DNA of 64,000 bases from Candidatus Aminicenantes bacterium (GCA_017999365.1 JAGNLW010000001.1:130239-194238), one strand, 5' to 3'; shown: positions 8,149 through 18,072, counted from the stretch's first letter. Notes: generated from the sequence alone by a model not told the origin. Numbers and translations: made by a program.

Positions 8149-10185
8149 ATGTCCAGGACAAAGACCAACCCGTTCCGTTCCGGGGCGCTCCTCGCTCTTG
8201 TCGTCGCGACGGCGGCGGTGACTGCCTGTAGCCAAGGCGCCGGCGGCAAGGCCCAGGCGCTGTCAGTCGCGTCGCCCGACGGCAGCCTCGCGCTGACGCT
8301 GGCGACGGCCGCCAAACCGAGGCCCTACGCCGAGGGCGAGCGGCTCTATTACCGCGTGACCTACAAGGGCGCGCCGGTCCTCGTCGATTCGCCGCTCGGC
8401 CTCGATCTGCTCGGGGCCCCGGCCCTCGAGCGCGATTTCGAGGTCGTGGGGACGGAAGCGCGGTCGAACGACACGACCTGGGAGAACGCCTTCGGGGCCC
8501 TGCGGACGGTCCCGGACAGGTACAACGAGCTCGTCGTGTCGCTGCGCGAAAAGAACGCGCCGGGGCGGCGGCTCGACGTCGTGCTGCGGGCCTACGACGA
8601 GGGCGTCGCGTTCCGCTACGTCCTGCCGAAGCAGGAGGCCGTCGGCGAGTACGCCCTGGCGGCGGAGTCGACCGGATTCTACTTCGCCGGCGAGACGCGG
8701 GCCCTGGCGCTCGACCTGGGACGCTGGGACACGAGCAACGAGGGGCCGTACGCGTGGACGCCGCTCGCGGCGCTCAAGCCGGCGTCGCTCGTCCACACGC
8801 CGCTTCTCGTCGAGATGCCGGGCGCCGGGTTATGGGCGGCCCTGCTCGAGGCCGACCTGACCGATTACGCGGGGCTCTATGTGGCGGGCGCGGCGGGCGT
8901 GCCCAACGGGCTCGCGGCCCGGCTGGCCGTGCCGCCGCGACGGGCGCTCGACCGGGCGGTCGTGGGGACCGCGCCGCTGCGGACGCCGTGGCGCGTCCTG
9001 ATGGTCGGGACGGACCCGGCCCGGTTCATCGAGCGGAACTACCTCGTGCTCAACCTGAGCGAGCCCTGCGCCGTCGGCGACACATCGTGGATCAAGCCGG
9101 GCAGGGCGGCCTGGGATTGGTGGTCCGGGAGCACCGCGACGGGCGTGAGCTTCAAGCCGGGCATGAACACGGCGACGATGAAGCACTACATCGACTTCGC
9201 GGCCAGGCACGGCCTCGAGTACATGCTCGTCGACGCCGGTTGGGCCCCGATGTCGGAGGACGGCCGGATCGAGGACATCCTGAAGTACCGGCCCGAAGTC
9301 GACATCCCGGCGATCATCGCTTACGGGAAGGCCAAGGGCGTCGAGACCCTGCTTTGGGTCGAGTGGCGGGCCCTCGACCGGGCCATGGACGAGGCCATGG
9401 CGCTCTTCGAGAGGTGGGGCGCGGCGGGCATCAAGGTCGACTACATGAACCGCGACGATCAGGAGATGGTCGCCTATTACGAGAAGGTCTGCCGCAAGGC
9501 CGCCGAGCACCGGCTGACGGTCGATTTCCACGGCGCCTACAAGCCGACGGGGCTGCGGCGGACCTATCCGAACCTGCTGACGCGCGAGGGCGTCATGGGC
9601 CTGGAGTACAGCAAGTGGAGCGAATCCATCACCCCGGAGCACGACGTCAACATCGCCTTCACGCGCATGCTGGCCGGGCCGATGGATTTCACGCCGGGCG
9701 GTTTCCGCAACGCGGCCCGGGGGAAGTTCGAGGCCCGGGACATCGCGCCGATGACGCAGGGGACGCGGGCCCATCAACTGGCCATGTACGTCGTCTACGA
9801 GAGCCCGCTGGTCATGGTCTCCGACTACCCGGAGGCGTACGAAGGGCAGCCGGGGATGGCCTTCATCGAACGCGTCCCGACGGTCTGGGACGAAACGCGC
9901 GTGCTGGCCGGCAAGCCGGGCGAGTTCGTGGTCGTCGCCAGACGTAAGGGCGCCGAGTGGTACGTCGGCGGCCTGACGAACTGGGACGCGCGGGAGGTCG
10001 AGATCGGGTTGGGGTTCCTGGGTGCGGGCGCTTTCGAGGCCGAGATCTTCGCCGACGGTCCCGATGCGGCGACGGAGGGGACAAGTCTGGCGGTCTCGAA
10101 GAAAGCGGTCGCCGCCGCCGACAAGCTGACCCTGCGGCTCGCCCCCGGCGGCGGATTCGCCCTCGGGGTCAGACCCCAGCTTTGA
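8149..10185 (+). CDS. Glycoside hydrolase family 97 (alpha-glucosidase/alpha-galactosidase, SusB-like) lipoprotein
   Basis: Start ATG 8149 after GGAGG. Lipoprotein signal ...AAVTAC. Conserved GH97 core (e.g. ...AGIKVDYMNRDDQEMVAYYEKV..., ...HGAYKPTGLRRTYPN...). About 680 aa, typical size. Confidence 0.85.
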   Translation: MSRTKTNPFRSGALLALVVATAAVTACSQGAGGKAQALSVASPDGSLALTLATAAKPRPYAEGERLYYRVTYKGAPVLVDSPLGLDLLGAPALERDFEVVGTEARSNDTTWENAFGALRTVPDRYNELVVSLREKNAPGRRLDVVLRAYDEGVAFRYVLPKQEAVGEYALAAESTGFYFAGETRALALDLGRWDTSNEGPYAWTPLAALKPASLVHTPLLVEMPGAGLWAALLEADLTDYAGLYVAGAAGVPNGLAARLAVPPRRALDRAVVGTAPLRTPWRVLMVGTDPARFIERNYLVLNLSEPCAVGDTSWIKPGRAAWDWWSGSTATGVSFKPGMNTATMKHYIDFAARHGLEYMLVDAGWAPMSEDGRIEDILKYRPEVDIPAIIAYGKAKGVETLLWVEWRALDRAMDEAMALFERWGAAGIKVDYMNRDDQEMVAYYEKVCRKAAEHRLTVDFHGAYKPTGLRRTYPNLLTREGVMGLEYSKWSESITPEHDVNIAFTRMLAGPMDFTPGGFRNAARGKFEARDIAPMTQGTRAHQLAMYVVYESPLVMVSDYPEAYEGQPGMAFIERVPTVWDETRVLAGKPGEFVVVARRKGAEWYVGGLTNWDAREVEIGLGFLGAGAFEAEIFADGPDAATEGTSLAVSKKAVAAADKLTLRLAPGGGFALGVRPQL

Positions 10186-10408
10186 GAATATAATCAACAG
10201 GTTAAGTCAGAAAAGAGACCTTCTCATCAGCTTGAAACGCATGTTTTTTGGGTTAAAAACATCGAATTTTATCTCAGAGGACCATTTGGCCGGTCAAGAG
10301 GTGAAACGATCCGTTTTTCGGCCCCAAAAAGGTTGTAATTATTGATTGGAGGGTCCTCCATTTTGGGCCCAAGTGTAAGAAAACATTCGAGAAGCTGGGG
10401 TCTGACCC
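10165..10408 (+). mobile_element. MITE-like element copy 1: AT-rich ~244 bp flanked by 18-bp terminal inverted repeats GGGGTCAGACCCCAGCTT / AAGCTGGGGTCTGACCCC
   Basis: Perfect inverted repeats at 10165-10182 and 10391-10408. The interior is much lower in GC than its surroundings and contains internal hairpins (ATGTTTTTTGGGTTAAAAACAT). The left repeat supplies the last codons and stop of the GH97 gene. Confidence 0.6.
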
Positions 10409-10433
10409 CAAGGAGGCCAAGGAGGAGGAGAAG

Positions 10434-12161
10434 ATGACAAAACATGCGATCGCGGTCGGGGGCATCGCCCTCGCTCTGATCATCGTTTCCGTCCCGTCCC
10501 CAGCCGCCGCCACAGACGCCGACATCAAGGCCGCCATCGCGCCGGCCGCGACCGCCAAGCTCGACAGCTGCACGGTCATCGGGGCCGGCCGCCTGGCCAC
10601 CGTCGACGGCTCGGTCATCACCTCGCACTCGGATTGCTGCAGCGAGTGCCGCATCCAGGTCGTCCCCGGCCGGACCTTTCCCAAAGGCGCCATGGCCGAC
10701 GTCCACTGGGGCATGGTCTACTTCGGGGCCGAGGACGACCGCCGCGCCCTGCCCCTCGGCGACTTCGGCAAGGTCATCGGCCGCATCCCCCAGGCCGAGC
10801 GGACCTTCGCCTACTTCCACACCGGCTACTCGCAGATGAACGAGCGCCAGCTGGCCATCGGCGAGAGCACCTGCTCCCAGCGCGCCGAGCTCGACGTCCC
10901 CTACGTCGAGGGCCTGACCCGCCAGATCATGACCGTCGAGCAGGCTCAGGTCTTCGCCCTGCAGCGCTGCTCAACGGCCCGCGAGGCCGTCAAGCTCATC
11001 GGCTCGCTCGTCGAGACCTACGGCTTCCTCCCCTCCTGCGGCGGCTCCGAGGCTCTCTGCGTCGCCGACCCGCGCGAGCTCTGGACGATGGAGATCTGCA
11101 GCGTCGGGCCCGAATGGGCGCCCGGGAGCGGCAAGCCCGGCGCCATCTGGGTGGCCCGCCGCGTCCCCGACGACCACGTCGTCGTCATCGCCAACTATTT
11201 CCGCATCCGGGAGATCGACCTCAAGAGCCCCGACACCCTGGCCTCGCCGAACGTCGTCCGGGAAGCCGTCGACCGCGGCTGGTACGATCCCAAGAGTGGC
11301 CGGCCGTTCGTCTGGCAGGAGGCCTACGCCCCGCCCGTCCGCGAGGGCAACCTCAGCCGGATGTGGCTCGTCACCAGCACCCTGGCCCCGAACCTCAAAG
11401 CCTGGCCGAAGCGGGCCCTCAAGGACGCCGCCGGGCCAGGGACGATCTACGCCCAGCCGTTCGAAGGCGCCGCGTTCTACCCCTGGTCGTTCAAGCCGGA
11501 GCGCAAGATCGGCGTCCGGGACGTCATCGCCTTCCAGCGCTCGGCCTTCGAGGAGACGGTCTACGACATGACCTGGGACCCGGCCTGGATGGTCCCGGCC
11601 GGGGGCGGGCGCATGGAGAAAAGCCCGATGGCCTCGCCCTTCATCTCGGCCGAGATGGAGAAGGTCCTGCGCGTCCGGCACCACCGGACGATCGCCACCC
11701 AGGGCTACGGGATGGTCGCCCAGTTGCGGTCCTGGCTCCCGGACGCGGTCGGCGGCATCTACTGGTTCTACGTCGACAACCCTTCCGTCAGCCCCTATGT
11801 CCCGGTCTACGCCGGCGTGACCGACGTCTCCCCGTTCTACAAGACGTACGACTTCCGCGAGTTCAGCGAGGATTCGGCGCGCTGGGCCGTGGACTTCGTC
11901 GAGAAGCTTATGCTGCTGCGCTGGCAGCCGGCCATGCGCGACGTCCGGGCCGCCCGCGACCCCGTCGAGGCCGCGTTCTTCGACGAGCAGGCCGCCGTGG
12001 ATGCCAAGGTCGCGGCGCTCCTGGAGGGGGGCGCCGGCGGGCGCGCCGCCGCCGCGGACTACCTGACCAGCCTGACGGTCGAGCGGATGGAGAAGCTCGT
12101 GGCCCTCTACCGCTCGCTCCGCAAGACCTTGCTCGCGAAGTACTCCGGCGACGGCGTCTGA
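10434..12161 (+). CDS. Peptidase family C69 dipeptidase (secreted)
   Basis: Signal peptide, then the DSCTVIGAG motif where the Cys is the nucleophile after signal cleavage. Size and family-wide motifs fit C69. A strong AAGGAGGAGGAG RBS precedes the start. Confidence 0.85.
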   Translation: MTKHAIAVGGIALALIIVSVPSPAAATDADIKAAIAPAATAKLDSCTVIGAGRLATVDGSVITSHSDCCSECRIQVVPGRTFPKGAMADVHWGMVYFGAEDDRRALPLGDFGKVIGRIPQAERTFAYFHTGYSQMNERQLAIGESTCSQRAELDVPYVEGLTRQIMTVEQAQVFALQRCSTAREAVKLIGSLVETYGFLPSCGGSEALCVADPRELWTMEICSVGPEWAPGSGKPGAIWVARRVPDDHVVVIANYFRIREIDLKSPDTLASPNVVREAVDRGWYDPKSGRPFVWQEAYAPPVREGNLSRMWLVTSTLAPNLKAWPKRALKDAAGPGTIYAQPFEGAAFYPWSFKPERKIGVRDVIAFQRSAFEETVYDMTWDPAWMVPAGGGRMEKSPMASPFISAEMEKVLRVRHHRTIATQGYGMVAQLRSWLPDAVGGIYWFYVDNPSVSPYVPVYAGVTDVSPFYKTYDFREFSEDSARWAVDFVEKLMLLRWQPAMRDVRAARDPVEAAFFDEQAAVDAKVAALLEGGAGGRAAAADYLTSLTVERMEKLVALYRSLRKTLLAKYSGDGV

Positions 12162-12209
12162 GCCGGCGACAGGGCCGATCCGCCGGGAGCGGTCCCGGCC
12201 GTCCGGGGC

Positions 12210-12992
12210 TTAGCGCCCGAAGCCTTTGACCTTCTTGTAGCCGGCCGGCAGGTCGTAGTGGCCCGCGGGGGCGGCCTTCTCCGTGCATTCGAGGAGCTCG
12301 GTCGTGGACTTCATCTCCTGGCCCATGACCTTGGCCACGGTCGTCTGGTAGACGACGACGCCCTTGATCTTCTTCATCTCGGCCAGGATCTTGTCGAAAC
12401 CGGGCATCGAGGCCATCATGCCGTTGGCCATGGCGAAGGCCATGGTGTAGTCGACCTTGATGTCCTCGGTGGCCCAGGCGTCGCCGCTGGTCTTGCCCAT
12501 GCCGCCCATGTCGATCTCGAGGGTGTAGCGGCGGGCGTTCCAGCTGCCGATCTTCTTGGTCTCGCCGGTGTCGGTGACCTTGGCCGACATCCCGCCCATG
12601 AGGCCCTTCATCATCCCGGCCATGGCCTTGGCCTGGGCCTTGTCCTCCTCGTCCCCGCCGGCCTCGTCGGCCGCCGCGTCGAACATCTTGCCGAAATCGA
12701 GGGGCATCTCGGAGTACGACTTCTTGTTGTGGTCGATCATGTAGAGCATCTTCTTGTCGGCTTGGAAGATCATCGAGGTGTTGGCCCCCTCCTGGTCCGT
12801 GCGGGCCTTGTTGTCGCCCATCCAGAAGACCATGATCTCGTCCTTGGCCGGCTGGGACTGGCCCATCATCGTGAAGGCGTCGGTGTGGGTCTTGTTCTTC
12901 ATGTAGACGTCGGCCCGGGCCTGCGCCGTCGAGAGGACGAGACAGGCAAGGACGGCGAGAAAGGCGATGCGGATCAGGCGGGATGATCTCAT
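12210..12992 (-). CDS. Secreted Met/Lys-rich protein of unknown function (DUF4412-like, uncertain)
   Basis: Clear signal peptide (MRSSRLIRIAFLAVLACLVLSTAQA). Native-looking composition (K/M/D-rich, unlike the R-rich antisense junk). Met-rich segment AMAGMMKGLMGGM. Confidence 0.6.
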   Translation of the reverse strand: MRSSRLIRIAFLAVLACLVLSTAQARADVYMKNKTHTDAFTMMGQSQPAKDEIMVFWMGDNKARTDQEGANTSMIFQADKKMLYMIDHNKKSYSEMPLDFGKMFDAAADEAGGDEEDKAQAKAMAGMMKGLMGGMSAKVTDTGETKKIGSWNARRYTLEIDMGGMGKTSGDAWATEDIKVDYTMAFAMANGMMASMPGFDKILAEMKKIKGVVVYQTTVAKVMGQEMKSTTELLECTEKAAPAGHYDLPAGYKKVKGFGR

Positions 12993-13091
12993 ATTGACCT
13001 CGCTTGGGGTGTGGGTTTCCGGCGCCCCGGCGCCGTGATTCCTTTATAATGCGCCCTCCCGGCATCTGTCAAGCAACCGGGAAGCAACCGG

Positions 13092-13314
13092 GGGGTCAGA
13101 CCCCAGCTTTTCAAAAAGAATCAACAGGATAACCCCATTTCGGACAGGTCCCATCAGTTTGAAGCTCACTTTTTTGGGCCCAAAAACATCATGCGCCTTC
13201 CCAACGAAATAAGGCTATGTTTTGGGGCACAAAAACGTGAGATCAAAGCTGAAGGCGGATCCCCAAAATGGGGGTATGTTACTGATTAAATTGGAGAAGC
13301 TGGGGTCTGACCCC
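13092..13314 (+). mobile_element. MITE-like element copy 2, same orientation and the same terminal inverted repeats as copy 1
   Basis: GGGGTCAGACCCCAGCTT at 13092-13109 and AAGCTGGGGTCTGACCCC at 13297-13314. Shared internal blocks with copy 1 (AATCAACAGG, TTTTTTGGG..AAAAACATC, TTGGAGAAGCTGG). The palindrome TTTTTGGGCCCAAAAA is internal. The element abuts the nitroreductase stop. Confidence 0.6.
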
Positions 13315-13317
13315 CGA

Positions 13318-13908
13318 CTAGTAACTGTTCCAATGGAGGACGGCCGACAGGGGGCGCTTGGGGACATGAAGGCGGCCGGCTTCGTCCTTCCAGTAGCGGC
13401 AGCTGTCGGCCATGACCTCGGCCGCCGGCTCCTCGGCCGGATACCCCAGCGCCAGGACGCTGTCGATGCGGTACCCGTCGGGCACGCCAAGCACGCCCTT
13501 GAGCTTCTCGCGGTCGATCGACAGCAGCCAGCAGGCCCCGACCCCCTCGGCCAGCGCCGTCAGGATCATATTCTCCATGGCCGCGCCGACGTCGTACTCG
13601 AACATCTTTTCGCGCAGCATCGAGTCGACGAGCGTCACGACGTAGGCCGCCGGTTCCTCCCCCGTCTTCGGGTCCCCCGCCGGCGCGATGTAGGCCGCCC
13701 ACTTGAGGCACGGGAAGACCTCGGCCGCCCGCGCCGGATCGTCCACCACGACGAAGGAGAGCGGCTGGACGTTGGCCGCCGAAGGCGCCAGCCGGGCCGT
13801 CTCGACCAGCCGCGTCAGCAGCTCCCGCGGCACCGGCCCCGGCCGGAACCGGCGGATGGTCCGCCGCGCCACCGCGAGATCGTAAACGTTCTGTCCGTTC
13901 TGACCCAT
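13318..13908 (-). CDS. Nitroreductase-family protein
   Basis: The nitroreductase fold signature is present (...VARRTIRRFRP...LAPSAANVQPLSFVVV...). Start trimmed to ATG 13908, which has an AAGGAG RBS (track ORF extends to 13962). Confidence 0.8.
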   Translation of the reverse strand: MGQNGQNVYDLAVARRTIRRFRPGPVPRELLTRLVETARLAPSAANVQPLSFVVVDDPARAAEVFPCLKWAAYIAPAGDPKTGEEPAAYVVTLVDSMLREKMFEYDVGAAMENMILTALAEGVGACWLLSIDREKLKGVLGVPDGYRIDSVLALGYPAEEPAAEVMADSCRYWKDEAGRLHVPKRPLSAVLHWNSY

Positions 13909-14050
13909 TGCGCGACTCCTTTCCCGCCGAAGCGACCGGGTTTCCTCATTATTATAAGCCATTCCGCCGTCGCCATCGCCATGGCCTTCGCCGGATCCGT
14001 CCCCGCCCGGCCGCGGCGCCGAGCCCCTCGTCGCCCGCGGCCCTCGGGTC

Positions 14051-15268
14051 TCAACGCCCTCCCGAGGCCATCCCCGCCCTCGCCCGCCCCTCCGTCACCG
14101 GGGCCTTGGCCATGAACACGGCCGTCGCGCCCAGCAACAGCAGCGCGGCGAACCGGTACATCCAGCGGTATCCCGCCGCGTCCGAGATCCACCCGAACAC
14201 CGGCGAGCCCAATCCCATACCGACGTCGAAGAGCGAGTTGTACAGGCTGATGGCCAGTCCTTTGTTCTCCCGTCCCAGGAAATCGATGATATAGGTGCTC
14301 AGGGCCGGGAAGATGAGCCCCTGCCCGATGCCGCCGACGAACCCCGTGACCACCAGGAGCGGCAGGCTGCGGACCTGGGCCAGGACGAACAGGTTCCCGG
14401 CGATGATGAGGGCCGCCGGCCAGATGACCGTCTTCCTCCCGCGCCTGTCCGACAGGTCGGACAGGCGGACGCGCGTCAATATGGCCGCCAGCGAGAAGAC
14501 CAGGAAGAACGTCCCCACCCTGGCGATGCCGATCGAATGCCCGAACACGGCCACGAAGTAGATCATGGCCCCGCGGATGGCGCCGTGGAAGACGGGCATG
14601 CCGGCGATGATGGCCGCCAGCGCCCAGGGCACGGCCCGCAGCGCCGGCAGCCCGGCCGGCCGCCGCCCGCCCTCCCCGCCCCCCCCGTCCTCAGGCCGGC
14701 ACGATCCTTCGCGCGCCAGCAACAGGCAGACCAGCGCCGCCGCCAGGAACGCCGCGCTGACGTTGTACAGCCGTCCCGGCCCTCCTGCCCCGCGCAACAA
14801 CTCCTCGGCCACGAGCGGCCCGACGGCGTTGGCCACCAGCCCGGCGACACCGATGACGCCCATGGTCTTGGCCAACCGATCGGCCGGGGCCAGGTCCGAG
14901 CACAGGGCGATCGTCGCCGTCATGCTCACTCCCCAGCCGACTCCCGCCACTGCCCGCAGCGCCAGCGGCAGCCACCCGGCGTCCCTCACGAGATGGAAGA
15001 GCGGCGTCGTCACGAGCAGCAGCGCCGCCCCGGCGACGGCGAGCCGCTTCCCTCCCCGCAGGTCGATCATCCGCCCGAACAGCGGCCGGATGGCGATGGC
15101 CACGACGCTGTAGACGCCCATGATCAGGCCGATGCGGCCCGGGCTCGAACCGAACGCCTCGAGGACGACCGGGAAGAGGAAGAAGAGCGAGACGGCCATG
15201 AACAGGAAGAAGAAGCCGGCCAGTGCCAGCAGGAAGTCCCGGCTGGTGAACGACCGCGGTGCGCTCAT
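14051..15268 (-). CDS. MFS transporter (12 TM), probable sugar-acid/hexuronate-related permease
   Basis: The real gene is the 405-aa C-terminal portion of the 1332-aa artefactual ORF 14051..18049. Start MSAPRSFTSRDFLLALAGFFF... Typical MFS loop motif G(R/K)xxD(R)xGR(K/R) appears twice. Confidence 0.8.
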   Translation of the reverse strand: MSAPRSFTSRDFLLALAGFFFLFMAVSLFFLFPVVLEAFGSSPGRIGLIMGVYSVVAIAIRPLFGRMIDLRGGKRLAVAGAALLLVTTPLFHLVRDAGWLPLALRAVAGVGWGVSMTATIALCSDLAPADRLAKTMGVIGVAGLVANAVGPLVAEELLRGAGGPGRLYNVSAAFLAAALVCLLLAREGSCRPEDGGGGEGGRRPAGLPALRAVPWALAAIIAGMPVFHGAIRGAMIYFVAVFGHSIGIARVGTFFLVFSLAAILTRVRLSDLSDRRGRKTVIWPAALIIAGNLFVLAQVRSLPLLVVTGFVGGIGQGLIFPALSTYIIDFLGRENKGLAISLYNSLFDVGMGLGSPVFGWISDAAGYRWMYRFAALLLLGATAVFMAKAPVTEGRARAGMASGGR

Positions 15269-15300
15269 GAGACCGATCCGATCCGCCGCTCTCCGCCCCG

Positions 15301-15942
15301 CTAGGCCGGTCCGCCGAGCGACTCGACCAGCCGCCGGGCCCGCGCCTCGATCGCCGCCCAGTCCCCCGCCTCGACGGCCTTGGCGTCGACGAGGGCCGCG
15401 CCCAACCCGACGCACGCCGCGCCCGCCGCCAGGAAGTCGCGGGCGTTCTCGACCGTCACCCCGCCGGTCGGCATGAGCCGGACCTCCGGCAGCGGCCCGC
15501 GCATGTCGCGCACGAACTGCGGACCGAGCGAGGTCGCCGGGAAGACCTTGACGAGGTCCGCCCCGGCCCGCCAGGCCGCGACGATCTCGGTCGGCGTGAA
15601 GGCCCCCGGCGCGACGACCACGCCCGCCTCCCGGCAGGCGGCCACCGTGTCGCGGTCGAAGACGGGCGAGACGACAAAGTCGGCCCCGGCCGCGATGACC
15701 TCCGCGGCCGTCGCCGCGTCGAGCACGGTACCGGCCCCGACGAGCGCGCCCTCCGCCTTCGCCCGGGCCTGCTCGCGGATGATGCCGACCGCGCCCGGCA
15801 CGGTCATGGTCACCTCGACGGCCTTCACGCCGCCCCGGCCGAGCGCCGCCGCCACCGCGGCCAGCCGGTCCGCGTCCTTCATCCGGATGACGGCCACGGC
15901 CCGCCCGGCCAGGAGCCGCCCGAGGACCTCGTCTTTGGTCAT
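15301..15942 (-). CDS. eda: 2-dehydro-3-deoxy-phosphogluconate (KDPG) / 4-hydroxy-2-oxoglutarate aldolase
   Basis: 213 aa with the KDPG aldolase family pattern (...GGVKAVEVTMTVPGA...GAGTVL...FVVSP...EIVAAWRAGADLVKVFPA...). Confidence 0.85.
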   Translation of the reverse strand: MTKDEVLGRLLAGRAVAVIRMKDADRLAAVAAALGRGGVKAVEVTMTVPGAVGIIREQARAKAEGALVGAGTVLDAATAAEVIAAGADFVVSPVFDRDTVAACREAGVVVAPGAFTPTEIVAAWRAGADLVKVFPATSLGPQFVRDMRGPLPEVRLMPTGGVTVENARDFLAAGAACVGLGAALVDAKAVEAGDWAAIEARARRLVESLGGPA

Positions 15943-15957
15943 GTTCGCCCTCTCGCC

Positions 15958-16992
15958 CTACCTCAGGACCCGCCCGGACCGGTCGCCCTTGACCAGCGCC
16001 GCGATGTCCCTCTCCGTCGACAGGTTGAAGTCGCCGGGGATACCATGCTTGAGGGCCGCCGCGGCCACGGCGAATTCCAGGGCCTCGGCGTCCGTCCCGC
16101 CTCCCGGCCGCGTCAGCCCGTGGATGAGCCCGGCGGCGAAAGCGTCGCCCGTCCCGATGCGGTCGACGACCCGGCGGATCTCGTGGATGGGCCCGGTCAG
16201 GAACTCCGTCCGGTTCCGCAACACGGCCGTCCAGCGGTTCCAGTCGGCGCTGTAGCTCTCGCGCAGCGTCAGCGCGATCCGCGCCACGTTGGGGAACGCG
16301 GCCATGACCTCGGCCGTCAGGTCGGCATAGAGCCGGGAATCGAGGCGCCCTCCCGAGACCTCGGGGGCCGGCCCGATACCGAGCGAACGCTGGCAGTCCT
16401 CCTCGTTGCCCGTGACCAGGTCGGCCAGGGCGGCCAGCTCGCGCATGACCTCGGGCGCCGGACGGCCGTACGTCCAGAGCTTGGACCGGTAGTTGAGGTC
16501 GAGCGAGACCGTCATCTTCCGCGCCCGCGCCGCCCGGGCCGCCTCCGTCGTCAGGGCCGCGGCCGCGGCGCTGATCGCCGGCGTGATGCCGGTCAGGTGG
16601 AGCCAATCCATGCCGGCCAGGGCCGCCTCCCAATCGACCGCCCCCGGCCCGGCCTCGGCCACGCCCGAGCCCTCGCGGTCGTAGAAGACCTGGGACGGCC
16701 GGGCCCCGGAGCCCGTCTCGGAATAATAGATCCCCAGGCGCCGTCCGCCCCGGACGACGGCCCGGGTGTCGACGCCGTATCGCCGCAGCTCCCGCAGGGC
16801 CGCCTCTCCCGCCGGGTTCGCCGGCACCACCGAGATCCAGCGAGACCTGTGGCCGAGCAGGGCCAACGACACGGCCACGTTGGCCTCGCCGCCGCCGAAG
16901 CCGGCCCGCAGGACGGGCGACTGGAAGAGGAGCTCCCCGTCCGGCGGCGAAAGCCGGAGCATGATCTCGCCGAAGGTCGCGATGTTGGCCAT
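15958..16992 (-). CDS. kdgK: 2-dehydro-3-deoxygluconokinase (PfkB family)
   Basis: 344 aa. N-terminal FGEIMLRLSP and C-terminal IDRIGTGDAFAAGLIHGL (PfkB anion-hole/GD motif). Sits immediately upstream of eda in the same orientation. Confidence 0.85.
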   Translation of the reverse strand: MANIATFGEIMLRLSPPDGELLFQSPVLRAGFGGGEANVAVSLALLGHRSRWISVVPANPAGEAALRELRRYGVDTRAVVRGGRRLGIYYSETGSGARPSQVFYDREGSGVAEAGPGAVDWEAALAGMDWLHLTGITPAISAAAAALTTEAARAARARKMTVSLDLNYRSKLWTYGRPAPEVMRELAALADLVTGNEEDCQRSLGIGPAPEVSGGRLDSRLYADLTAEVMAAFPNVARIALTLRESYSADWNRWTAVLRNRTEFLTGPIHEIRRVVDRIGTGDAFAAGLIHGLTRPGGGTDAEALEFAVAAAALKHGIPGDFNLSTERDIAALVKGDRSGRVLR

Positions 16993-17143
16993 GCCGCACT
17001 CTCCTACGGCCTAAGATAGCACAGGCGGCGCCCGCCCCCAAAACCGGAAAATGGGGACTTTGACGTCCCCGTTTCGCACTCCCTTGAAAAGGGCCGGGAA
17101 CGGAGTACAATACGCCCGAAATTCCCGCGGAGAACATGGCCCC

Positions 17144-18004
17144 ATGGACAAGCTCAAGGACCGCATCAAGAACGCCCTTTTCATCCTCGTCGGCTGCGCC
17201 GTCATGGGACTGGCCTACGCCATGTTCCTCATCCCCCACCACTTCGTGCCCGGCGGCGTCTCGGGCGTGGCCATGATCGCGAATTACTTCTCCAAGCTGC
17301 CCGTCGGCCTGCTCATCATGGTCCTCAACGTGCCCATCTTCCTGCTCGGCCTCAAGACCATGGGCAAGAAGTACGTCGTCAACAGCCTGGCCGGCATGGT
17401 CGTCTCCTCGGTCTTCATCGACCTCTTCTACGAGGTCGTCAAAGTCCCCTCGGCCACCGACAACGCCGTCCTGGCCTCGATCTACGGCGGCGTCATGCTC
17501 GGCGTCGGGCTGGGCATCGTCTTCCGCGGCCGGGCCTCGACCGGCGGCTCGGACATCATCGGCATGGTCCTCAGCAAGTACACCGGCATGTCGCTCGGCT
17601 ACGGCATCATGGTCACGGACTTCCTGGTCATCTCGGCCTCCGGCTTCGCCCTGCGCTCCCTCGAGGCCCCGCTCTACGGCTACATCGTCCTGTTCCTGTC
17701 GACCAAGGTCATCGACATGGTCCTCGAGGGCTGGAACTACTCCAAGCTCGTCCTCATCACCTCGACCCGGACCCAGGAGATCGCGGATTACATCCTCCAC
17801 GGCCTCGACCGCAGCGGCACGGCCCTGCGCTCCCGCTCGCTCTACCTCAACCGCGAGGGCGAGATCATCATGACCGTCATCCACCGCAAGCAGCTGGCCG
17901 ACCTGCGGACCCACGTCCGCCGCATCGACCCCGAGGCCTTCGTCGTCATCAACGACACCTACGACGTCCTCGGCAAGGGCTTCAAGTCCCACCTCATCAC
18001 CTGA
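17144..18004 (+). CDS. YitT-family membrane protein (DUF161 + DUF2179)
   Basis: The multi-TM N-terminal domain has the GGxSG motif of the YitT/UPF0750 family (FVPGGVSGVAMIANY), followed by a C-terminal DUF2179-like soluble domain. Start taken at ATG 17144. Confidence 0.75.
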   Translation: MDKLKDRIKNALFILVGCAVMGLAYAMFLIPHHFVPGGVSGVAMIANYFSKLPVGLLIMVLNVPIFLLGLKTMGKKYVVNSLAGMVVSSVFIDLFYEVVKVPSATDNAVLASIYGGVMLGVGLGIVFRGRASTGGSDIIGMVLSKYTGMSLGYGIMVTDFLVISASGFALRSLEAPLYGYIVLFLSTKVIDMVLEGWNYSKLVLITSTRTQEIADYILHGLDRSGTALRSRSLYLNREGEIIMTVIHRKQLADLRTHVRRIDPEAFVVINDTYDVLGKGFKSHLIT

Positions 18005-18072
18005 AGCGCCCTTTGGCCCCGGAAATGGAGTAAAATGGGTCCCGGACACCGCCCCGGAAAGGAGCCCCGACC

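Noticed and set aside
12162-12209. Hairpin CCGGGA-GCGG-TCCCGG between the convergent dipeptidase and Met-rich protein genes as a bidirectional terminator
   Set aside because: GC-rich hairpin without a flanking U-tract on either strand. Such palindromes are frequent by chance at this GC content.
14051-18049. 1332-aa minus-strand ORF spanning the MFS, eda and kdgK region
   Set aside because: High-GC read-through artefact. Only the last 405 codons form a coherent MFS protein. The rest is Arg/Gly/Asp-rich, antisense or out of frame relative to the clearly homologous eda, kdgK and YitT genes.
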